From Chloroflexota bacterium (lineage in GTDB: Bacteria; Chloroflexota; Dehalococcoidia; FW602-bin16), in contig SCTZ01000023.1 in assembly GCA_004297765.1 (NCBI GenBank), positions 2,130-66,129 of the forward strand: 64,000 nucleotides of DNA, in the 5' to 3' direction. Shown piece after piece: positions 26,488 through 35,219 of this stretch. The notes below the pieces were generated by a model. That model searched no databases, had not been told where the DNA came from, and was given only the letters and a program-made list of their open reading frames with translations. A program made the translations under genes and the position numbers. Positions within the stretch are counted from its first letter, which is position 1. Each line of letters opens with the position of its first letter.

Positions 26488-28095
26488 ATGAGACGGGGAA
26501 TACTCGTGATCATGGGGCTAGCATTTCTGCTGCTCCTGTCCGTGCCGGCCGTAGCCCTGGCGAACGGCGGTCCCCACGGCGACTACAAGGACGCCACGAA
26601 CCTGACCGACAAATGCGCCGGCTGTCATCGGCTTCACCAGGGTCTCAGCCAAGGCAAGTTGCTGAAAGCTGAGAGCCAGTACGCTCTGTGTCTCACCTGT
26701 CACAACGGCGCCGGATCCGTCCTGAACGTTCTCGACGGCGTGCGCGTGGCGGGCGTGGGCTACGACCCCGCTGCTTCGCTGCTCACTCTCGACAGCGGCG
26801 CGGTACCCCGCGACAACAGCACGACCAACATGTACCTGAGCCTGGCGCCCTACGGCGACCTTTCGACTTCGCCCGGGAAGAATGGCTATATCACTCTTCG
26901 CATCAAGAACAAGACCGGCAGCGGCATCACGGCCAGCCTGGCCGTGACGGACACGCTCCTGCCGGGAGCCATTGCGTCGGACTTCGACGCGTCGGACTTC
27001 GTATCCGCGACCACGAGCACGGCGAGCCCGACCAATGATGCGGAGAACCCGGGCAACCCCACCAGCACGGTGATCAATAGCGTGAGCGTGCTCGCCAACG
27101 ACGTCGCCTACGTTCGTCTGCGGGTCAAGCCGACCGGCACCGCTACGGCGGGCGACAGCATCCTGAGCGCCATCACGGTCAGCGCCGGTGGTGAGAACGC
27201 CGTCGTCAAGGCCCAGACCAGGGTCGGCGATCAGGCGCTGCCCATCCTCAACGGTGGCGGCTTCAACTACGTCGGCACCAAGGTCACCACCTCTCGCCAC
27301 AACGCAAACCCGGCGGACAATACGCTGAGCCCGTGGGGCTTCGGTGGACAGAACCAGTCCCCCAACTACGCGGCCGGCGGCATGGGAAAGGGTGCCAACA
27401 CGGGCGAAAACCCGAACACCCTCTCCGAGCCCCTGCAGTGCACCAGTTGCCACAACCCGCACGGTACCAGCAACTACCGCCTGCTGAAGCAGAGCATCAA
27501 CGGCGTGACCGTCGACGTCAAAGCGTACAACGACACGACCAACGCCATGGTGATCGACGAGGGAGCGCGCGGTCTCGAAGCCGGAGCGCCCGCTGATAAG
27601 TACACCAAGGAGTACTACGCCAGCTACTCCAGCAACAGCCAGGGCTTCGCCAGCTTCTGCGGCGCCTGCCACACGGCCTATCCGTCCGACGGGGCAAGCC
27701 TGGGCGTCGCCAGCAACTCGGCCTTCGGCTCGGTGATGCACTATCGCCACCGCACGGAGATGCCGTATTCAAACTGGACGAACCCGAACACGGGGCCCAC
27801 GCAGAACCCGGAGACCAACCCGATTACGGGCACCGATGGACCCGGCGGCGCTCCTAAGCTCTTCCCGACGCTGCGGCTGGCCAGCAAGGACAGCACCAGC
27901 CTCAACAACCACGTGACCTGTCTGACGTGCCACCGCGTTCACGGCACCAGCGCAGATATGTCCGGCTATGCCCTCAAGAAGCAGTTTGGGGGACTGGCCG
28001 ACAACGACATCACGCCGTCGCAGATCGACGAGAGCCGCACCACGCTGCTCTATACCGACAACCGCGGCATGTGCGAAGCCTGTCACCAGTGGTAG
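26488..28095 (+). CDS. Secreted hexaheme cytochrome c, OmcS/CwcA-like motif layout, with an inserted Ig-like domain
   Basis: Signal peptide VALA-NGGPHG. Heme motifs CAGCHRLH, CLTCH, CTSCHNPHG..NYR, CGACH, CLTCHRVHG and terminal CEACH, with GGGF..H between hemes 2 and 3. Strong AGGAAGGAGG RBS. Confidence 0.85.
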   Translation: MRRGILVIMGLAFLLLLSVPAVALANGGPHGDYKDATNLTDKCAGCHRLHQGLSQGKLLKAESQYALCLTCHNGAGSVLNVLDGVRVAGVGYDPAASLLTLDSGAVPRDNSTTNMYLSLAPYGDLSTSPGKNGYITLRIKNKTGSGITASLAVTDTLLPGAIASDFDASDFVSATTSTASPTNDAENPGNPTSTVINSVSVLANDVAYVRLRVKPTGTATAGDSILSAITVSAGGENAVVKAQTRVGDQALPILNGGGFNYVGTKVTTSRHNANPADNTLSPWGFGGQNQSPNYAAGGMGKGANTGENPNTLSEPLQCTSCHNPHGTSNYRLLKQSINGVTVDVKAYNDTTNAMVIDEGARGLEAGAPADKYTKEYYASYSSNSQGFASFCGACHTAYPSDGASLGVASNSAFGSVMHYRHRTEMPYSNWTNPNTGPTQNPETNPITGTDGPGGAPKLFPTLRLASKDSTSLNNHVTCLTCHRVHGTSADMSGYALKKQFGGLADNDITPSQIDESRTTLLYTDNRGMCEACHQW

Positions 28096-28117
28096 ATCGA
28101 GGAGCGATCTAGACCGC

Positions 28118-28147
28118 GGGAGGGAGAAGTAAATTCTTCTCCCTCCC
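28118..28147 (+). terminator. Stem-loop after the hexaheme gene (partial terminator or mRNA stabiliser)
   Basis: GGGAGGGAGAAG-TAAATT-CTTCTCCCTCCC, with no U-tract. Confidence 0.55.
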
Positions 28148-28356
28148 CACCCGGCTTCCTGTGCGTGGACTTTCCACCGAAGCACGGTGCAAAGCCCGCT
28201 CACGGAGCGGCAAAGAGGGAAGGACAGCCGCATCTTTGCTGCTTTCAGGCGGAAGCCAAACACTATTCTATCACGTAGAGGCGCCTCCTGGCATTGGAGA
28301 CCCGCCGGAGGCGCTATCCGGTTCTACCCAAGACAGAAGGGGGAAACGTCGTTCCA

Positions 28357-29538
28357 ATGAGGGCACCCGGGCAACCCGAATCCACTACGCACGCCGGGAG
28401 ACAGCCGAATCAGCGACCGCGATCGGACCGGGAGGATGCAAACCCCGCTCGCTCGGTCGCGCTCCCCTGGCACACGCGGGCGCTTTGCAGGTCCCTCGTG
28501 CGCGCTCACTGCCCTCTCCTCAGCCAGCTTTTTCCTCCACGGGCCCTGGTGTTCGCGCTGGCGGTGATTCTCGCCATCTCTGTTGTCATACTTGCACAGT
28601 CTCTTGGGTTGGCCTCGGGCAGGGAGACTCATGGACCGAGTTCTCTTCCAACCCCCGGCGAAGGTGGCGAGATGCGCTTCCTCTTCAGCCTCACAGGACG
28701 CATCGATCAGTATCTGGATACCCCTCTGGCCGTCACCGTGAGCCGGCGTGGGCTGGTCTACGTGGCCGATGGGGGTTACCGGTCCGTCCAGGTATTCTCA
28801 CCCGACGGCGTCTGGCAGCGAAGCATAGGTCGCGCGATCGTGGCAGAGCCTCGGCCGGGTGATCTGGTCTATCCGCTCGGCGTGGCCGTGGACGATCAGG
28901 ACAATTGCTATGTCTCAGACAACGTGACCGGGCGCATCTCTGTTTTCGACTCAACCGGTGCTTTCCTTCGCTACTTCGCCGAGGACGAGGCTGGTGCCAA
29001 GCCCTTCGGCTTGCCTGCCGGTCTCTTCTTCCGCAACGGTTTGCTCTACGTGAACGACGTCGGCAACCACCAGGTTATGGCGCTGCGGTCCGACGGCACC
29101 ATAGAGCGCGTGTTCGGACGGGGACGTGGGAGTGAGACCGGGCAGATGCAGTACCCCAATTTCTCCTGGGTGGACGAGTGGGGACGCGTCTACGTGGCCG
29201 ATTCCAACAACAACCGTATCCAGATCTTTGGCTCCGACGGCGCTTTCCAGGGCGTGTTTGCGAGCGGACACGAGGGTCCCGAGACCGGCGTGATGCGCGG
29301 AATCGCCCTGGACTCCCGCGGCGACATGCACGTGGTCGCCACGATGGAGCATCGCGTGTTGGTCTTCGACCAGGACGGACAGTTCATGTATTCGTACGGA
29401 CGTGAGGGAGATGGTCCGGGTCAACTGGGCTTTCCGAACGGATTGGCCGTCGCCGGCGACCAGGTGTACGTGGCGGACCGGGCCAACGGCCGGGTTCAGG
29501 TCTGGTCTCTGGGCGCCAAACTAGAAAATACTCGATAA
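28357..29538 (+). CDS. Membrane-anchored NHL-repeat beta-propeller protein 2
   Basis: TM helix LVFALAVILAISVVILA, then six NHL-like blades (YPLGVAVD, YVADSNNNRIQIF, FPNGLAV...YVADRANGRVQV). The start position is uncertain. Confidence 0.9.
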   Translation: MRAPGQPESTTHAGRQPNQRPRSDREDANPARSVALPWHTRALCRSLVRAHCPLLSQLFPPRALVFALAVILAISVVILAQSLGLASGRETHGPSSLPTPGEGGEMRFLFSLTGRIDQYLDTPLAVTVSRRGLVYVADGGYRSVQVFSPDGVWQRSIGRAIVAEPRPGDLVYPLGVAVDDQDNCYVSDNVTGRISVFDSTGAFLRYFAEDEAGAKPFGLPAGLFFRNGLLYVNDVGNHQVMALRSDGTIERVFGRGRGSETGQMQYPNFSWVDEWGRVYVADSNNNRIQIFGSDGAFQGVFASGHEGPETGVMRGIALDSRGDMHVVATMEHRVLVFDQDGQFMYSYGREGDGPGQLGFPNGLAVAGDQVYVADRANGRVQVWSLGAKLENTR

Positions 29539-29542
29539 TTCG

Positions 29543-32395
29543 GTGACCATGATGGGAAGCCATCGACGCTTGCACGTATTCATCTTTCATTATTTCGCTG
29601 CCATGGTCGCGGTGGCGCTGGGCTTCTTGGTGCCGCTGGCGCCACTCGCGGTTCCGGTCGTCTACGCGGCCGAAACCCATTATCTCCACGCCGCCGCCGT
29701 CACGCTGGGAAGCACCACCTACGGAACGGTCAACACCACCGGCCTCGCGGGCACCTTGACGGAGGCCTCCGCCAACATTAACCAGAGCACCTGGCAGACC
29801 TTCTCCTTCGGCGGAAAGAACATGTGGGTCTCCGACGCAACGCCGTCGGGGGCCACCTGGACCCTAACGGGCAGTTGGAGCTTCACCATCTTCACTCGAC
29901 AGACCCAATCCGAAAGGGCCCAGTTCAACTTTCGCGCCCGCATCTACAAGCTCGACACGAACAACAGCGCCACGCTGCTGGCCACGTCCGGACAGAGCGG
30001 GCAGTTGAAGCCCTTCAACACCTATGGCAGCAGCATCACCTGGTCCCACAACCTGGCTAGCACCGTGCTCAGCGCGGGCGAGCGCTGGGGCGTGCAATTC
30101 CAGGCGCTGGCCGACCGCGACGAAGCCAGTCAGTTCGCCTACCTGGGCTTCGACGTCTCCGCACGAAACAGCTCGGTGACCGTTCCCAACTCCAAGCCCG
30201 TGGCGCCGACATCCACGCCAACGTCCACAGCTACCTCGACTCCGGCGAGCACGGACACCGCAACTGCCACGGCCACCGCTACCGACACCGCGACCGCGAC
30301 CGCGACCGCGACCGACACCGCCACGGCGACCGACACAGCCACCGTCACCGCCACCGCAACCGACACGCCACCAGGTCCCACGGCAACGCCGACCAGCACG
30401 CCTTTGCCCACCTCCACGCCAACCCGCACGGCGACACCCGCGGCCAGCTCCACCTCAGCCGCCACAGCCACGGCAACGTCTACTGCCACTCCGACCTCGA
30501 CCGCCACTGACACGGCAACCGCCACACCGACACTCACCGCCACGTCCACGGCCACAGCTACGTCCACCAGCACACCCATCGTACCGGAGTTGGATTATCT
30601 GCACGCTATGACGATGACAATCGGGAGCAGTACCTTCAGGACGGCCAACACCAGCCTCCCGGCCGGCACGCTAGCCGAGGCCTCGACGTCGGTCAACAAA
30701 GACGCTTGGCAGAACTTCGCGTATGCAGCCACCAACATGTGGATCTCCGACGCCACGCCCGATGGCACGACGTGGGTGCTGACCGGTCAATGGACGTTCC
30801 GGGTCCACGTCCGGCAATCCGTCTCGGGACCCCGTTTCTGGTTCCGTGCCCTCCTTTACAGGATCAGCATCGGCGGCACGGCGACCCTGATGGCCACCAC
30901 CGCCCAGACGAATCGGATCGACACCGTGGGTACCGCCTACGCCGGTACGGTAACCAACCCCATCACGTGGAACTACACGCTGGCCACCCAGGTGCTGAAC
31001 CCTGGCGAATCCTGGGGCGTGCAGATCCAGGTGTTGGCCGACCAGAATACTGGCGGCAGCGTCTACCTGGGTTTCGACTCGACGGACCAGAACAGCAACA
31101 TCACCGTCCCTAGCGGCAGGCCCGCGGCGGTCGGTCCTACGTCAACGGCAACGGCCACCACCACGCCGGGCACGCCCACGGTCACGCCGACACCCACCAC
31201 TACCGGAGTCGGCACGCCCGGCCCGGCCACGCCAACGCCGCAGAATCCCGCCCATAACGGGAACGTTTCCTGGAGAGACGGTTTGCCGAGCATCTGCGCG
31301 GGATGCCACCGCGTGCATACCTCGCCGGCCTCCAAGTCGCTCCAGGCTCGTTGGCCGGAAGAAGCTACCTGCTTCGTCTGCCACGACGGCAGCGGGGCGC
31401 CGAACATCAAGGCCCAGTTCGACAAGACCTACAAGATGCCTATAACCGCCACGGCCGGCATCCACTCCACCGCGGAGTACACGACCAAGGATCCCGCCAG
31501 TTTCTCTGGCACCAGCCGCCACGTGGAATGCACCGACTGCCACAACCCGCACTATGCCGGGAAGGTGACCCATATCAACGGCACCAACTACGCCGCCGGT
31601 CCGCAGCAGGGAGTTTGGGGCGTGGCCGTGAACAACACGGCCGCATGGACGGCTCCCGAGTACTCCACGGTCAACCAGGTGACCCACGAGTACCAGGTAT
31701 GCTTCAAGTGCCATTCTTCGTGGGCCTACGGCACCAACCCGCCCCTTTCGCCCAGCGGCGGCTTCTCCCAGACCAACCAGCCAAAGGAGTTCAACACCCT
31801 CAACCCGGCCTACCATCCGGTGGAGGCGCCGGGCAAGAACCCGTTCACGGGGGCCAACGGCAGCTATGCCAGCTCGCTCATCAACGGCTTCAACCCCGGC
31901 AGTACCATGTTCTGCACCGATTGCCATCGCAGCGAGACTCCAACCGAGCTCAAGGGTCCCCACGGCTCGCAGTCGCCCTTCATTCTGCAGGGTAACTGGG
32001 ACCGCACCACCGGGCAAAACCCCGGCAACCGAGGCATGCCCAGCACATCCAACCATCTGTGCTTCAAGTGCCACGACTACGATCGCTACACGAACTTCGA
32101 CGCCAACCGCAACAACGGCTGGCAGACCGGGTTCTCGCAGAATGGAGGCGAGAACCTGCACGTGCGCCATGTTGGCAACGGGCGCAACAAGCTCAACAAC
32201 GATCAACCGATCGTTTGCATGGATTGCCACGTGGCCGTTCCTCACGGCTGGCAGCGCGAACATCTGCTGGGCTTCGACGGCGACGGCGCGCCCTACATCA
32301 ACCGCATTGGCGGTCTCAGCACCATCGACAGTTGGGCCAGCAGCGGGAACTGGGATCGTCCAAACTGCCAGACGGCCATGGGCAATTGCAGGTAG
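29543..32395 (+). CDS. Secreted heptaheme cytochrome c with two beta-sandwich domains and Thr-rich stalks
   Basis: Signal peptide ending VYA, two HYLHA/DYLHA...YLGFD repeats and (TA/TP)n linkers. Heme motifs CAGCH, CFVCH, CTDCH, CFKCH, CTDCH, CFKCH and CMDCH. Confidence 0.9.
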   Translation: MTMMGSHRRLHVFIFHYFAAMVAVALGFLVPLAPLAVPVVYAAETHYLHAAAVTLGSTTYGTVNTTGLAGTLTEASANINQSTWQTFSFGGKNMWVSDATPSGATWTLTGSWSFTIFTRQTQSERAQFNFRARIYKLDTNNSATLLATSGQSGQLKPFNTYGSSITWSHNLASTVLSAGERWGVQFQALADRDEASQFAYLGFDVSARNSSVTVPNSKPVAPTSTPTSTATSTPASTDTATATATATDTATATATATDTATATDTATVTATATDTPPGPTATPTSTPLPTSTPTRTATPAASSTSAATATATSTATPTSTATDTATATPTLTATSTATATSTSTPIVPELDYLHAMTMTIGSSTFRTANTSLPAGTLAEASTSVNKDAWQNFAYAATNMWISDATPDGTTWVLTGQWTFRVHVRQSVSGPRFWFRALLYRISIGGTATLMATTAQTNRIDTVGTAYAGTVTNPITWNYTLATQVLNPGESWGVQIQVLADQNTGGSVYLGFDSTDQNSNITVPSGRPAAVGPTSTATATTTPGTPTVTPTPTTTGVGTPGPATPTPQNPAHNGNVSWRDGLPSICAGCHRVHTSPASKSLQARWPEEATCFVCHDGSGAPNIKAQFDKTYKMPITATAGIHSTAEYTTKDPASFSGTSRHVECTDCHNPHYAGKVTHINGTNYAAGPQQGVWGVAVNNTAAWTAPEYSTVNQVTHEYQVCFKCHSSWAYGTNPPLSPSGGFSQTNQPKEFNTLNPAYHPVEAPGKNPFTGANGSYASSLINGFNPGSTMFCTDCHRSETPTELKGPHGSQSPFILQGNWDRTTGQNPGNRGMPSTSNHLCFKCHDYDRYTNFDANRNNGWQTGFSQNGGENLHVRHVGNGRNKLNNDQPIVCMDCHVAVPHGWQREHLLGFDGDGAPYINRIGGLSTIDSWASSGNWDRPNCQTAMGNCR

Positions 32396-32450
32396 GTAAT
32401 ACCGATTGTGTTTGTCTTTGTCCTGATTTGCTGATGCAACGCCGAAGAAC

Positions 32451-32571
32451 GCCCAGGGCTGAAGCCACTGGGCTGAGTCAACGAAGCCCGCCGAGGCGGG
32501 CTGACTACCGCGCCCAGCCCCTCGGAAGGGGCTTCGTTGTCTCAGCCCGCTCGCTTTAGCGGCGGACGGGC
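32451..32571. repeat. Composite hairpin element (GGGCTGAAGCC-type REP-like)
   Basis: GGGCTGAGTCAACGAAGCCC...GGGCTTCGTTGTCTCAGCCC inverted arms with nested hairpins. Confidence 0.7.
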
Positions 32572-32584
32572 GGTGGACAACAGG

Positions 32585-34162
32585 ATGCAACCAAGGACAA
32601 TTGGTACAAGAATGCTCAAGGCGGTATCGACGCAAACAGCAATGGCGAACCAACAAGCAACACGGTCGCGGGTCACACACATCGCAGCTCTCCTCCGCCT
32701 GTTGCGCTCGCGCGAGCTGGCGCTGGTATTGCTGGGGGTGATCCTGGTTGGCGCCGTCTCCGGCACCCTGGTGCCGCAGAAGGCTCTGGTCTCACCCGCC
32801 GATTTTCAGAATTGGCAGACGGAGCACGCCCGATGGGCCGAGCTCGCCAACGGCCTCGGTCTCACCCGTGTGTACAACTCCTGGTGGTTCCTCACGCTCC
32901 TGGGACTGCTCTTCCTGAGTCTGCTGGTCTGCACAGTCTCCAACTGCCGGCGGACCTGGCGTATCGATCGGCATCGCCACCGTGAGGAGTGCGACGTTCC
33001 TCGCTCCGTCAGGAGGGACGGAGGGCACCTGACCATCCAGATGAGCGACACGCAACAGCCCCAACCGACTTCAGACGCCCATCCCCTCGTCCACGCCCCC
33101 TTCCAGCGAGCCTCGGTCGTGTTGCGTCAGGTGGGCTACCGCGTGCGTCCGGTCGCCAGCGGAAGCGCCCTCTTTGCCGGAAAGCGCCGCTACGGAATCT
33201 GGGGCTCGGCGATATTTCATCTTGGCCTCATGATCGTCCTACTGGGCGGCGCCTATAGCGGGGGCGGCAAGATGGCCGGCTACTTCGAGCTGGCGGAGGG
33301 TCAGACCTTCACGGAGCAACGCGGTGGCTACCTGCAAATCGATGAGGGACCGCTCTTTCGAGAGCAGCATGCAAGCTTCCGGCTACGCCTGGACCAACTG
33401 CACACGCGCTACTGGGACAACGGCACGCTGCGCGAGATGTCGAGCGCCGTGACCGTGCAAGCTCCTTCGGGCGAGACCAGAACGGCCCTGCTTGGCCCGG
33501 GACGACCGCTGAGCTTCTTGGGCGCGTCTATCTACCAGGCCAACCAGCATGGCTTCGCCGTCCTCCTCTCACTGAAGGATGCCGCGGGCAACACAATCAG
33601 CTCAGGTTTCGTCAATTTCGCAACACCGTCCGAGCCCACCCATCCCGCGACCAACCGCTTTCCTCTCCCCGGGGTCTCCCTCCAAGCCGAGGCGGACTTC
33701 TATCCGGCCCCACAGGCAGAAGCCCTCGACGTGGAGAACTGGTCGCAGGCGCGGCCGGACGAGTCCTGGCTGTATCTGTTCCTGCGTGATGAACAGGAGC
33801 GACTGGTTTTCCAGGGGCCGTTGGCCCTCGGTGACAGCATAACGTTCAATGGATACGCCTTGAGCTTTAAGCAGGTCTCCCGATGGGCAGGTTTCCCCGT
33901 GGTGCGAGATCCGGGTCTACCCATAATCTTCACCGGGTTCGGCCTGTGCATCCTGGGAGCCGCCATTATCTACCTCTGGGTCCCCAGGCGGATCTGGGTC
34001 TGGGTCGAGCGCACGGCAGAGGGGAACCGCGCGCTCTGCATCGGCGGTCGGGCCGACAGGTATCAAGCATCGATGGATGAAGAGGTAGCGGAGCTCGCGA
34101 CACGGATGATACTCTTGCACGATAGTTCCTTCGTGATTGGCCAGACCGAGTCGGTCGCCTGA
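32585..34162 (+). CDS. resB: Cytochrome c biogenesis protein ResB/Ccs1 (system II)
   Basis: LRSRELALVLL..GTLVPQ, LGLTRVYNSWWF..SLLVCT, FHLGL, RDPGLPIIFTG...PRRIW. The start position is uncertain. Confidence 0.9.
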   Translation: MQPRTIGTRMLKAVSTQTAMANQQATRSRVTHIAALLRLLRSRELALVLLGVILVGAVSGTLVPQKALVSPADFQNWQTEHARWAELANGLGLTRVYNSWWFLTLLGLLFLSLLVCTVSNCRRTWRIDRHRHREECDVPRSVRRDGGHLTIQMSDTQQPQPTSDAHPLVHAPFQRASVVLRQVGYRVRPVASGSALFAGKRRYGIWGSAIFHLGLMIVLLGGAYSGGGKMAGYFELAEGQTFTEQRGGYLQIDEGPLFREQHASFRLRLDQLHTRYWDNGTLREMSSAVTVQAPSGETRTALLGPGRPLSFLGASIYQANQHGFAVLLSLKDAAGNTISSGFVNFATPSEPTHPATNRFPLPGVSLQAEADFYPAPQAEALDVENWSQARPDESWLYLFLRDEQERLVFQGPLALGDSITFNGYALSFKQVSRWAGFPVVRDPGLPIIFTGFGLCILGAAIIYLWVPRRIWVWVERTAEGNRALCIGGRADRYQASMDEEVAELATRMILLHDSSFVIGQTESVA

Positions 34163-34179
34163 GGCGACCGACTCGGTCT
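34143..34179. repeat. Perfect palindrome centred on the resB stop codon
   Basis: AGACCGAGTCGGTCGCC-TGA-GGCGACCGACTCGGTCT. Confidence 0.85.
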
Positions 34180-34229
34180 CGTGGTCGCGATCACGAGCTC
34201 CCTGATAGGAAAGAGCATGAGAGGAGATC

Positions 34230-35072
34230 ATGGACCCGCTTAATCTGTCAGCGTATCTCTACTGGGCCGCGGTGACTCTTTACGCGATCGCTACCGCGGC
34301 CTTCATGGTTGGGCTGTTCTGGCGCCGGCACGACGTGATCGTGTGGACGACCTGGCTGGTGGCCGGCGCTCTCCTGCCACATGGCGCGGCCATCTTGCTC
34401 CGCTGGATAATTGTCGGGCATGGGCCGTACATCAACCGCTACGAGGTTCTCTCATCCGACGTGTGGGTGGGTCTGGCGGCCTTCCTCGCGCTTCAGCTCC
34501 GCTTTCCGCGCCTGCGGCTGGTCGGGGCGGCCATCGCGCCCATCGCGCTGTTGCTCATGGGAATCTCCGCCCTGTCGACAGCCGACGTGGAGCCACTCCC
34601 CCCATCCCTGCGAAGCTATTGGCTTGTGATCCACGTGGGGTTCGCCAAGCTAGCCTTCGGCAACATCCTGCTCGCTTTCGGACTTGGCGTGCTCTTCCTG
34701 CTCAAAGAGCGCTCGCAACGCACGAGAGCGAACCATCATTTCTACGAGCGATTGCCAGTACTTGCCCGAATGGACGAGCTGAGCTACCGATTCACGGGAC
34801 TGGGGTTCGTCTTCCTGGCCGTCATGATCATGTCAGGCTCCATCTGGGCCAACGACGCCTGGGGCAATTATTGGAGCTGGGACGCCATCGAGACATGGTC
34901 TCTAGCCACCTGGCTCTTCTACGGCATCAACCTACACCTGCGGGCCACCTATCGCTGGCGCGGTCCACGAGCGGCCTGGCTGACCATTGCGACCTTCGCC
35001 TTCATGGCAATCACCCTGAAGGGCGTGGCGTACATAACTCCAGGCGCACACGTTGAGTACCTGGCGAAGTAA
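34230..35072 (+). CDS. ccsA: Cytochrome c biogenesis protein CcsA/ResC (system II heme lyase)
   Basis: GHGPY.NRYE, LRSYWLVIHV, WWD domain GSIWANDAWGNYWSWDAIETWS, and a terminal H. Confidence 0.95.
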   Translation: MDPLNLSAYLYWAAVTLYAIATAAFMVGLFWRRHDVIVWTTWLVAGALLPHGAAILLRWIIVGHGPYINRYEVLSSDVWVGLAAFLALQLRFPRLRLVGAAIAPIALLLMGISALSTADVEPLPPSLRSYWLVIHVGFAKLAFGNILLAFGLGVLFLLKERSQRTRANHHFYERLPVLARMDELSYRFTGLGFVFLAVMIMSGSIWANDAWGNYWSWDAIETWSLATWLFYGINLHLRATYRWRGPRAAWLTIATFAFMAITLKGVAYITPGAHVEYLAK

Positions 35073-35086
35073 AGAAGAAGCGCTAA

Positions 35087-35219
35087 CTGAGTCGTTCCGT
35101 AAGTCAGTACCACGTTGCGGAGACGGCGCAGTTGGACCGCCGCCGTAGAACTCCGCGGTCGCCTGAGGCGACCGCAGCGGTCTTTTCCGACAGGATGCCG
35201 CACTTGAGGAACGACGCAC
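35087..35219. mobile_element. MITE-like element, copy 2 (133 bp) with TAA target duplication
   Basis: TAA|CTGAGTCGTTCCGTAAG...CTTGAGGAACGACGCAC|TAA, colinear with 9646-9781. Confidence 0.75.

Noticed and set aside
30139-30579. Val/Ala-rich minus-strand ORF resembling a membrane protein
   Set aside because: It is the antisense of the Thr/Ala linker codons of the heptaheme gene.
20848-32395. Assigning the cytochromes to MtrA/DmsE, NrfA or HAO families
   Set aside because: Heme counts and spacing do not fit, there is no CxxCK motif, and there is no beta-barrel partner.
22086-32680. Long antisense ORFs (22086-23204, 22507-23496, 26518-27750, 31142-32680)
   Set aside because: These are shadows of GC-rich, repetitive sense genes, with no motifs or RBS.
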